Source: Octopus sinensis
Lineage: Eukaryota
NCBI RefSeq assembly: GCF_006345805.1
Contig: NW_021827367.1
Coordinates: 1-10,700 of the forward strand
Direction: 5' to 3'
DNA length: 10,700 nt
Part shown: in pieces, positions 1 to 9,337 of the stretch
How positions within the stretch are numbered: the stretch's first letter is position 1
Layout: each line of letters opens with the position of its first letter
Program-made: the position numbers and the translations under genes
The notes under the pieces: model-generated
What the model was told of the DNA's origin: nothing
Databases searched by the model: none
The model's input: the letters and a program-made list of their open reading frames with translations, nothing else

Positions 1-56
1 CTATCGGTTTCTTTTGCCGAACCGCTAAGTTACAGAGACGTAACTACAGCAGCACC
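1..56 (-). mobile_element. SINE fragment cut by the window edge, same family as 264-515
   Basis: Reverse complement (ggtgctgctgtagttacgtctctgtaacttagcggttcggcaaaagaaaccgatag) aligns with ~342-399 (gatgctggtgtgtttacctccccgtagcaaagcgttttggcaaaaaagagagtcatag). Resembles from memory an abundant octopus SINE body. Confidence 0.65.
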
Positions 57-263
57 ATATACGCTTAGAACCACGCTTGTAGAAAGAACCTGAATGAAGT
101 GCATAGCAGGAGATGCTTGGTTGCATACGCAAATGCACATACAATGTGCAGCAGAAAAGCGTATCGGTCATTTTAACTAACTCATTATGCAGTATGACTA
201 ACACTTAAATTAAAAGATAATTGTGAAGATGCGCCAGTCCCCGTATTCTCTGTAATAGTTTGG

Positions 264-515
264 TATATGTGTGTGTGCCTATTTGTGCGTTTGTGTATGT
301 GTGTGTGTGTTTGCCTTTGTGTCTAGCAATGTTTGAAAATTGATGCTGGTGTGTTTACCTCCCCGTAGCAAAGCGTTTTGGCAAAAAAGAGAGTCATAGT
401 ACCAGGCTTAAAAAATAATGAATACTAAGATAGATTCGTTTGACTAAAATTTTTCTAGGCGGTGCTGCCGCATGGCCGAAGTATAATATCTGAAACAAAT
501 AAAGATAAGACATAA
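264..515 (+). mobile_element. Degenerate 3' half of an octopus-type SINE (internal TG repeat, body, A-rich tail)
   Basis: (TG)-rich tract ~264-310, body homologous to 1-56 in inverted orientation, then ...aggcggtgctgccgcatggccgaag...ctgaaacaaataaagataag tail. Family identity is recalled, not searched. No tRNA head visible. Confidence 0.6.
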
Positions 516-589
516 AGGTGATAACATTGTAAACTCTTTCACACATGCTAAATTATACAAGAATACGTGCCAACATGCAAGTCTTTATG

Positions 590-775
590 GGTATGCTAGC
601 TTCTAGAAATAAGAACCATATATTTCACAAATACAATCTTAAAGGAAGGACGAATTGCACAATATATTTGCTGATGTACAAGTATTCGGTACTTTATGTT
701 TGAAATATCATAGATCATTCCTTTGTTTGATCAAAGCAAAGCCTGAGGCAAATTACGAACACAAAAGCTACAATA
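590..775 (+). mobile_element. Possible old, highly decayed SINE 3' portion
   Basis: Motifs tagaaataagaacca, tcttaaaggaaggac and gatcaaagcaaagcctgaggcaaa followed by an AAC-rich tail resemble a recalled cephalopod repeat. No internal support within the window. Confidence 0.3.
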
Positions 776-958
776 ACAAATGAAACAACTCTTAAGATCA
801 TTTTAAGATGAATACATTTATGAGTGTAAGCGTGTGGGAATAAGTTCCTTACATAATAAACTCAGAAAAAAGCTTCAGTTGTCAAAGGATTTAGTAGCAA
901 GTACTAATTATTGAACGTAAGCTAGTCGATATATAAAAATCCATCTACTATTCGTATA

Positions 959-2165
959 CATACGAATAAATTGTCGTCTAAATTACGTAAATTGGAAAAT
1001 AACACTGACATCTCATTTTAGCAGATATATTTACCAAAATTACATAAAAAATATCTTGAAATACTAAAGAATAAATTTATTTAATAAAATTGCTACACTT
1101 CTGGACGATCTCCTTGCTTAAGTTGGAGAATGCTCCTATAATCCTTACCTTCTGTTCATCTCGGTGTTACAAGGAGTTTGTTGGTCCCTCACTCAACTGC
1201 GCCAGCACATAATAATCAAGAGGGTTGCGGTTTGCGGAGTCAGGTGGCCTGATATTTAGACTGGTGTGGTCGTAGAAATTATCTGACACCCATGACTGGG
1301 TTCTCCAGCTTGTGTGGCATGGTGCAGAGTCATGTTCCCAGACATAGGATCTCCCAGTAGCAACCCACTTGACCCAGGGCAGCACTACCTCCTCCGGGCA
1401 CTTGATGTAGTCCTTCGTGTTGAGCCTGAGGCCGTGTGGGAAGATGACTGGAGGCATAACGTCACCCTCACTAATGATTACTCCAAATTCCATGATGCTG
1501 ACTGGATGCTTGATTTTTATCACTGTCGGTACATGTTTTAGGGACACAGCAAGCCAACGTTTGTTTGTGTGTTCACCATCTGATCCTGGCAGATATTGTT
1601 TTCGTCTGAGAAAGACCAAAGCATGTTCGGTTAGAGGAGATGCTTGAGTTCGTTCAAAAGCTTCGTAATGCCGTCTTTCCTCTCGTTCTTGATGGCTTGG
1701 GATAATAAAACTTGGCCCTTTCCCAACCTGTATGAAGAATACCGAATATCTTCATGCAATACCTGCCTGATAAGAAACTCAGACACTCCCATGTTCCTGG
1801 TGGTGGACCTGACTGACTTGGAGGGAAAGTTGTCAATCATGGCCTGGATTCCACCAACAAATTCAGTTCTTTTCTTATCAGAACGATCAGAGCAGCCGTA
1901 CTTTCGTAATCACCAATTCTTTCCGAATCCTCTGCACTGTCTTGACATTGACACAAAAAACACTTTGAAATGTTCGTATTGGAGCTTCCGGTGCGAATGC
2001 CAAGCAAGTCGTTTCCAAATTTCTAGTAGAGTGAATTGCGTCATGGTGCTGTTTTTCTCACAGACGGTGTCCAACTGACCCTACAATCGAGAAAATCAAA
2101 AACAAATAATGCACATGCGCGAAATTAAAAATATAAAATGGCGACAATTTACTCATCGCAGCCTG
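959..2165 (-). mobile_element. Tc1/mariner superfamily DNA transposon, maT (DD37D) family, decayed
   Basis: TIR cores gaataaattgtcgtc (964-978) and reverse complement of 2140-2154 (gagtaaattgtcgcc) match at 13/15. TA dinucleotides flank both ends (957-958, 2166-2167). The left TIR is partly deleted. Encloses a transposase pseudogene. Confidence 0.88.
1077..2044 (-). pseudogene. DD37D (maT) transposase pseudogene with frameshifts and a C-terminal deletion
   Basis: ATG at 2044 (MTQFTLLEIWKR). HTH-like MIDNFPSKSVRSTTRNMGVSEFLIRQVLHEDIRY (ORF 1631-1840). Catalytic region ...WEHDSAPCHTS...RPPDSANRNPLDYY (ORF 1167-1619) has exactly 37 residues between the second and third Asp. Ends ...NFIK* at 1077-1079. 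Confidence 0.9.
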
Positions 2166-2414
2166 TATATATAAATTTAGAGACAAGGACACTCATGCAG
2201 ATACGCGCGCGCTCACACACACATAGACACACAGATACTGGCACAGACACACACACACTCATACGGACGCACAGATATACACACCCACACACATACACAC
2301 ACATACATAATGATATTACTGAATTTGAAAAATCTGCACAAACTTTTACGCTGAGCTTCAGGTAGCCGTTCTTCAGGCAGATATATGTTTATATGCGCGC
2401 GTGTATATGTATGC

Positions 2415-2417
<3 letters not shown>

Positions 2418-2510
<93 letters not shown>

Positions 2511-2562
2511 ATATATATATGTATATATATATATATATAAAGATAGATAGATAGATAGATAT
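2418..2562. repeat. (TA)n microsatellite followed by (GATA)n
   Basis: Read directly from the sequence; embedded in a wider CA/TA low-complexity zone ~2205-2780. Confidence 0.95.
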
Positions 2563-2780
2563 AAAAACATATATGGTTGGTGTGTGTGTATGTATGCATG
2601 TATATCTAAGTTCTATATATATATATATTGATATATACACACGCACATACATACACACATATATAAATAGACTGATAGATAAATAGATTTACTACACTAT
2701 ATATATATATATTAAGCAGTAATTTATATATTTGTACATGTGTGTATGCATAGTCATGTATAAGTATGCATTAATATATA

Positions 2781-2976
2781 GTGAGAATTTACAAGCAAAA
2801 AAAGAACAAAAACAAAGATGAAGACGGGTGTGTAAACAACAAACAGATGTATTAGTTTAACGCTCGGGAAGTGAGAAAGTCTTTTACGTTTCGAGCCTAC
2901 GCTCTTCGACAGAAAGGAACACAGAAATAAACAGGGAGAGAAAATAGAAAAGGTTTAGTGGCTAGCGATCTATCAT
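2781..2976 (-). mobile_element. Probable Penelope-like element pseudo-LTR fragment
   Basis: ~196-bp non-microsatellite island between TA/CA repeats. Carries a minimal hammerhead-like motif of the type described in Penelope-like element pLTRs, followed on the minus strand by a U-rich 3' segment. Confidence 0.55.
2881..2916 (-). ncRNA. Minimal type I hammerhead-ribozyme-like motif with variant core
   Basis: Minus strand reads CUUU-CUGUCGA-A-GAGC-GUAG-GCUC-GAAA-CG-UA-AAAG. Helix I is CUUU/AAAG, helix II is GAGC/GCUC, the GAAA box is intact, palindromic ACGU replaces helix III, and the predicted cleavage triplet is GUA. The core has U at conserved A6. Confidence 0.55.
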
Positions 2977-2989
2977 ATATGCGTACATG

Positions 2990-3021
2990 CATACACACCC
3001 ACACATACAGACACACACAAC

Positions 3022-3052
<31 letters not shown>

Positions 3053-3072
3053 AACACACACATACACACACA
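2990..3072. repeat. Imperfect (CA)n microsatellite
   Basis: Read directly from the sequence. Confidence 0.9.
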
Positions 3073-3102
3073 TATAAAGACTCACATACAAGCAATACGT
3101 AT

Positions 3103-3496
3103 GGATGGATGGAAGCACTCCGTCGGTTACGACGATGAGAGTTCCGGTTGATCCGAATCAACGGAACAGCCTGCTCGTGAAATTAACGTGTAAGTGGCTG
3201 AGCACTCCACAGACACGTGCACCCTTAACGTAGTTCTCGGGGATATTCAGCGTGACACAGAGAGTGACAAGGCAGGCCCCTTGAAATACAGGTACAACAG
3301 AAACAGGAAGTAAGAGTGAGAGAAAGTTGTGGTGAAAGAGTACAGCAGGGATCACCACCATCCCCTGCCGGAGCCTCGTGGAGTTTTTAGGTGTTTTCGC
3401 TCAATAAACACTCACAACGCGCGGTCTGGGAATCGAAACCGCGATCCTATGACCGCGAGTCCGCTGCCCTAACCACTGGGCCATTGCGCCTCCACT
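3103..3496 (-). mobile_element. Full-length tRNA-derived SINE (copy 1)
   Basis: Pol III A box TGGCCCAGTGG (3473-3483) and B box GTTTCGATTCC (3429-3439) on the minus strand. (CCAT)n 3' tail. Perfect 9-bp TSD aatacgtat at 3094-3102 and 3497-3505. Head homologous to 7093-7290. Confidence 0.92.
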
Positions 3497-3814
3497 AATA
3501 CGTATATATTCACACTGACGCACTGATGTAATTGTATGTTAGAATCTGCCCGCACGCGCGCCTGTGAACGTGTAACGATACATAGGAAAATCGGCACGAC
3601 ATAGTTTTCGCTATCTTAGTTTGTGTCATGCATATTTGGATTTAAATCCCATTTGGATTAAGTGGGCTTTTCATTTATCTTGGGTTGATTAAAATAAATA
3701 AAAGTGATACATACTGAAATAAAACTGACACTTATCTAGTTCTCCTCTTACATAGATGGTCCTGCAACAAGCGATAAATCAGATGGTTCCTACAGACTGA
3801 TCCTTTCTCCTGCG

Positions 3815-3878
3815 CGCACACACACATGTACACACACATACGGATGCATACAAACATACGCACACACGTACACACACG

Positions 3879-3928
<50 letters not shown>

Positions 3929-3930
3929 CA
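3815..3930. repeat. (CA)n microsatellite with degenerate flank
   Basis: Read directly from the sequence. Confidence 0.9.
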
Positions 3931-3964
3931 CAACTTATATGTGTGATGATATCGGCGTACGAGT

Positions 3965-4054
3965 AACCAATTGTTCAATCAACTACAGCACATGCTCACT
4001 GAAATAGTGTGCCAAGTGCCAAGTGGCTGAGTATCCCTCAGATACGTATAAACT

Positions 4055-4056
<2 letters not shown>
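3965..4056 (-). mobile_element. Old SINE 3'-tail fragment related to copy 1
   Basis: aatcaactacagcacatgctcactgaaatagtgtgccaagtgccaagtggctgagtatccctcagatacgtataaactta aligns with ~3156-3228 (aatcaacggaacagcctgctcgtgaaattaacgtgtaagtggctgagcactccacagacacgtgcaccctta). Contains a 7-bp tandem duplication (gtgccaa). Confidence 0.7.

Positions 4057-4149
<93 letters not shown>
4055..4149. repeat. (TAC)n microsatellite, about 31 units with one interruption
   Basis: Read directly from the sequence. Confidence 0.97.
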
Positions 4150-4390
4150 TATAGATAGGTCACACCTAGACCCAGCTCTAAGTCGGATCTACGGTTTTAA
4201 TTGGATTTGGTACTTATATATCTACAGAATCCTAACAACACTTAATAATTTCACTGTTTTACCTCATTGTGGACCCAATTTTATTGTGCCTAGCCATTTC
4301 TGGCGTCCTACGTGTTAATGTGCCAAGATTTTGTTGAATCCTATAACTATCGTATATATCTGCATACATATATGTATATACGTTCATAAA

Positions 4391-5577
4391 AGTATACATG
4401 CCAGAAATAAATAGACAACTTTTTAATCGTTAAAATTTATTTAAATCTGAACTTATACATTCAAATTATTTATTATTATGATGTGAATATCTAATATTTA
4501 GCAGACATGCCCTTTGAATTTTTCAATTTAAGGACCCTATTAGGCCTGCTACTGATCAGATGACGAATATTCTCCTAAGGAATCTCTTGCCAAGTTTCAT
4601 GCTGTAGTCTCAAAAGATCTGGCTTTCAGGATACTTTCTTGTTAATTTTACGAAGGGTCTTATCCATTATGCCACAGAGGTGTTCAATAGGGTTCATATC
4701 TGGTGACTGGTTTGACTATGGAAGCTTTTTAATGCCATTCTCTTCCAACCAATCTTGGGTCTTTTGAACCGTGTGACAATGAGCGCCATCTTATTTAATC
4801 ATTTTAACACTAGAGAAGATTGGAAAGAGTCCCTTCTGCAATATGGACACATATCTATCTGAATTTATGTTTCCCACATATGTTACTAGCTCTGATCGAC
4901 CATGGCTCCAAATTGCTCCGCGACTATCACAGAATAACCGCCGTGTTTTATTGTTGGCTGCAATCTTTTCACATCAAATGTTTGACCACAGAGTCTCCAG
5001 ACCCACATTTGACCACTGTCGGAAAATACAGCAAATCTGGACTCATTAGAGAATATGACACTGTTCCAAAATGCTAGTGGCCTCTCTACCATCTCATTGG
5101 CTCAATATTTTCTCCTCTTGATATTGGCAGGTTGAAGAAGTGATTTCCTTATTGCTGCTCTGTCATAGTAACCAAATTTGTGGATGTATCTGGTAGCTGT
5201 TCTGGGACTGATATCAATTCGTTCAGCTATGTCAGAGGCCTTACAGTGAGGATTATCCTCCACACTTGTCTTAATAAAGGGAAGAGTCTTGTCAGAGGGT
5301 CCTAGTCAGTGTAACTTTAGAAAGCAGGCTCCTCAGCGTTTTATGCTGACTATATCCACCTTCAGATTGACCCTCAATACGGCCTCTTAGAAATTTGAAC
5401 AGTTCCAAGGCTTCTTTTGCATAAAGGTTAAGATATGTTTATCAGGAAAATATCAACAGTCACATATAGAACCTGAAACATAAAATGTCAGATGATAAAA
5501 AATATAAACCTTTTCCATTTAGGATAAAAATAAAACTATACGTTACCGAGCGTCTATTTACCTCTGTCATGCTTATG
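4391..5577 (-). mobile_element. Tc1-like (DD34E) DNA transposon, decayed (copy A)
   Basis: TIR cores catgccagaaataaatagac (4397-4416) and reverse complement of 5552-5571 (catgacagaggtaaatagac) match at 17/20. Outermost bases and the TA TSD are eroded, so the ends are approximate. Confidence 0.85.
4491..5422 (-). pseudogene. Tc1 DD34E transposase pseudogene
   Basis: ATG at 5422. N-terminus ELFKFLRGRIEGQSEGGYSQHK, then an internal deletion near 5305-5330, then [34 protein letters not shown] (first Asp mutated to Asn), QPTIKHGG, and DGAHCHT...QSPDMNPIEH with 34 positions between D and E. Stop at 4491-4493. Several internal stops and frameshifts. Confidence 0.9.
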
Positions 5578-6122
5578 TTCCATTCTCGTGCAGACATGAC
5601 AGACGTTCTGTCATTCAATCAAAGCAACCCTTCGGCTTCCCTATCGATTTTCCAAACTTTAGCCTTATCGGTGAGAATTGTATGCTGTTGATATTATGTA
5701 AGCTTGTAAACATTTGAGAGAACGTGAAATAATTCTTCTTTCGAACATTGGATCTCACAGCACATTTGGACCTATAAATGATGGTATGTAAGTATATATA
5801 TCAACAAAAAGACGAAAGGAAAGGAAATTTTGATATGTAATGTTATTTCAAGGAAATCTGGTGAAAAGCTCAAGGAGGATTAAGACTTCAGACATAGGGA
5901 TAAGTTTCTGGGAACAGACAGATAAAAGTTATATAATGTTTCTTTTGATCTTTCTACTCAGTTTTACAGACATATCATCCTGAAACTTGTGTTGTAAGAA
6001 TGTAAGTCACTGAACAACGAACGATGATAACAGTGTAAACAGTCGGACATATAATATACCTTTGCTGCTAGTTCATTCTAAAACAGTATTTCAATACAAT
6101 ATATATATATATATACATAACA

Positions 6123-6160
6123 CATAAAGGTTAAGATATGTTTATCAGGAAAATATCAAC
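6123..6160. repeat. Perfect 38-bp direct repeat of 5420-5457 (Tc1 5'UTR and start codon)
   Basis: cataaaggttaagatatgtttatcaggaaaatatcaac occurs identically at 5420-5457 and 6123-6160. Confidence 0.95.
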
Positions 6161-6299
6161 TGTTACCAATGACTTATTCATATTGACCCACCCACGAATC
6201 TATAGTCGACTTAATTTCACATTAAACGCTCATATGAACGAACACGTACACAAATCTCGCTGAATCTGTAACGTATAGCATACACATATTCCAGATATA

Positions 6300-6496
6300 A
6301 ACTATATATATATACATAACATATATACATATACATATATATATATATATATTATATAATATATATATATGTGTGTGTTGTGTGTGTGTGTGTGTGTATT
6401 TATGTATATATATATATAGATGTAATATTATATATATTATATATATGTTATATATATATGTATGTATGATTATATATATATATAAATGTCTATATG

Positions 6497-6531
<35 letters not shown>

Positions 6532-6600
6532 ATGTGTGTGTAAATATATGTATATTCGTATACACACATGCACACACACATATTTATTTATATATACGTA
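6300..6600. repeat. Compound TA/TG/CA microsatellite region
   Basis: Read directly from the sequence. Confidence 0.9.
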
Positions 6601-6996
6601 CATTCTCACTGTTATGTTTTAAAAAAATTAAGTTTCTGTGACATATTGGATTACAACATAAAATGTGAATTATGTTTTCATATTTCCCACCCCGAAAATA
6701 TCGTTATAATATATATATGATATATGAAAACCATGTGCTGCACATTATAGTATTTCCATGAGGTTTGGCTAACATAAATCGCAGTCTAAGTGTATACTAA
6801 CATACAAAAGGTTCATATAAATATACGGCATATTCTCAATAATTTTCTTGTATGTATGTTCGTGTATATTTATGTATTTTATGCATGCATATGTATATAT
6901 AATGTATGTATATATAATGTATGTATTGCACGTGAATATGTTTACGAGTGTATGAGTGTGTGAGCATATGTGTATATAGATGTATGTCTATGTAAT

Positions 6997-7290
6997 TTTT
7001 TTTTTTTTTTTTTGCTTTTTTCAAGTCTAGCCAGTTTCATGGGTCCGTTTCCCCGGTTTCTGTGGCGTACAAGTCCATCGCAGCGTTACTCAAGAAACAG
7101 GAAGAGAGAGTGAGAGAAAGCTGTGCCGAAAGAGCGCAACAGGGGCCGCCACTACCCCCTGCCGGAGCCTCGTGGAGCTATTTAGGTGTTTCCGCTCAAT
7201 AAACACATACAACGCCCGGGCTGGGAATCGAAACCGCGATCCTCCGACCGCGAGTCTGCTGCCCTAACCACTGGGCCATGGCGCCTCCAC
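6997..7290 (-). mobile_element. tRNA-derived SINE with poly(A) tail (copy 2)
   Basis: A box at 7268-7278 and B box at 7224-7234 (minus). Poly(T) on the plus strand ~6996-7021. 13-bp TSD atgtctatgtaat (6984-6996) versus atgtcttagtaat (7291-7303), 11/13 match. Confidence 0.9.
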
Positions 7291-7299
7291 ATGTCTTAG

Positions 7300-7301
<2 letters not shown>

Positions 7302-7346
<45 letters not shown>

Positions 7347-7500
7347 GTGTGTGTGTGTATATTACATAGATATTCACACACGTATGGTTATATATCTACA
7401 CACACATGTATACATACATGCACACACATATATACATATGTACATGCATACAAACATACATACATATTCATTCATATATACATATGTCCGTACATATGTT
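7302..7500. repeat. Compound TA/TG/CATA microsatellite region
   Basis: Read directly from the sequence. Confidence 0.9.
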
Positions 7501-7916
7501 TGCGTGAGTAATGATATATGTCTTTCGTATAAAGTATTAAGTTGCTTTTTTTCTCTATCAAATTTTCTGCATATCGCTTTATCTATCACACACTTTTTTA
7601 CATTGTATAAAAATCTAGTGGCTCTCTTTAGGAATATATTTCCCTCTCTTTGTCTCTAACGTCTACACATGCATATGAGTGAAGAGAACTTCTCCAAAAC
7701 ACGTATATAGATATTCATGCTTGTGTGATTATAGAAATAAAGTTTTAAAATTTATCAACACGGTCACTGATTTCTGATATAAAATACTGTTAAATTTTTT
7801 ACATTATCTTTAAAAATGTACAGTAAAATACTCATAAACGATTGGAAAAACTTGTTTCCACCAAAGTGGGCTAATTATTACAGCAGAAAGTTTGTAATGT
7901 CTGGACTATAAAAGCA

Positions 7917-8152
7917 CATGTATGTATGTGCGTGCGTGTGTGTGTGTGTATGTCTGTGTGTGTCTGTGTGCGAGTGTGGGTGTATATGTGTATACAAAAT
8001 ACATTAATATATATACATATGTTCATATATGTATATGTATGAGTGTATACATATGCATATCTATATATCTGTGAATATATATGTATGCATATATACATAT
8101 GCATGTATGTATATATAAATGCATATATATATATATATATAATATATATATC

Positions 8153-8184
<32 letters not shown>

Positions 8185-8480
8185 GAATATGTATGTATGT
8201 ATATATATATATACATACATATTCATATATATATATATACATATGTATGTATTTATACATTACGTATGTATATATATACGTACATACATTTTTATGTTAC
8301 AGATTTACACATATGTATGATTTACGTATATATATCGAAACACCCATATCGAGACGCCCATATATGTGTACAAATATGTGTATGTGTGTGTGTATGTACA
8401 TGTATACGAAGACATACACACTATGAATACACACGCGCATACACACGCATATGCAAATATAGTTGAATATGTGTGTGTTT
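7917..8480. repeat. Long degenerate alternating purine-pyrimidine (TG/TA/CA) low-complexity region
   Basis: Read directly from the sequence; source of the spurious Y/I/H/T/C/V-rich ORFs. Confidence 0.9.
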
Positions 8481-9337
8481 AATGTGGGATGATATTAAAG
8501 CGTGTGTTTCTGAATAATATCTTGCTTATATGCATTCGTGTGTAGGTATATGATACACCTACTTCACATGAATACAATTTCTTACGTATATTCGCAAATA
8601 ATATATATCTATATTAAGAAACAAATGCAAAGCTAAAGAGCTAAATATTCACACAACAGTGTATAGATGTGTATATAGACAGAGAAAGGTAGAATAAGGG
8701 AAGGAATATATACATATTCATATTTGGCAATGATAATAAATTATTGGGAATCAGTTAGTTTTCGATTGAATGGGCTACAAGTCGTAGATTACTATTTACA
8801 AATGCTTTTGTTTTAAATGTAGGATTCTTGCTACAGCCTATTTTACTTAAAATATATAGAGACTACAAACCGCAATTTGTTTAGAATTTAAAAACATTAC
8901 ATATTATAAGTATTGTGCCAAATAATAAAATTTACACAGAAATTTTAAAATATTTCGTTGCATATATTTTTAAACTGGCAACCTTCGATTAGGGAATCAG
9001 AGAGATACTACTCCGTAATAGTAAATTAACTGACTTGTTAAGCAATTTGCTAATGTGGTGGTTCATATAAGTAATTAATAAATTGAGGTGAACTACCATT
9101 GTAAAATTTCACTGACATTTACTCCCCATTGAAGTTGATTGCACTGTTGATAATCTATTTTTGATTAAGACCACTTACTTTACCTGATCTGAACAAATTG
9201 ATTTAGCAATGATTTCATGCGCTCTTTAATATTTTAAAGTATATTTTATCATAAATTCAGTACGAAATTTCAGTATTGTTTAATACAAATTCTAGCTCAA
9301 ATGTTTTGAAAAGTATCAATGTTTAATGTACTATATA

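Noticed and set aside
1314-2078. Plus-strand ORFs 1314-1541, 1417-1647 and 1644-2078
   Set aside because: Antisense shadows of the minus-strand maT transposase pseudogene.
3420-3495. Possible tRNA gene (also 7215-7290)
   Set aside because: A and B boxes are present but I could not draw a proper cloverleaf, and both continue into SINE bodies flanked by TSDs.
4820-5077. Plus-strand ORFs 4820-5077 and 4843-5049
   Set aside because: Antisense to the Tc1 transposase pseudogene.
5485-5691. 68-aa plus-strand ORF
   Set aside because: Spans the Tc1 5' end and TIR in antisense; no recognisable domain.
5420-6160. 38-bp direct repeats as a CRISPR array, LTR pair or TSD
   Set aside because: Only two copies 703 bp apart in a eukaryotic context, with no cas genes, no TG...CA LTR ends, and one copy internal to the Tc1.
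2138-8466. Many ORFs rich in Y/I/H/T/C/V (e.g. 2213-2599, 2897-3118, 6222-6581, 7871-8260)
   Set aside because: They are translations of TA/CA/TG microsatellites, which lack stop codons in some frames; there is no coding signal.
8480-9335. AT-rich unique-looking stretch
   Set aside because: I could not support any ORF, repeat structure or motif; it may contain unrecognisable ancient repeats.
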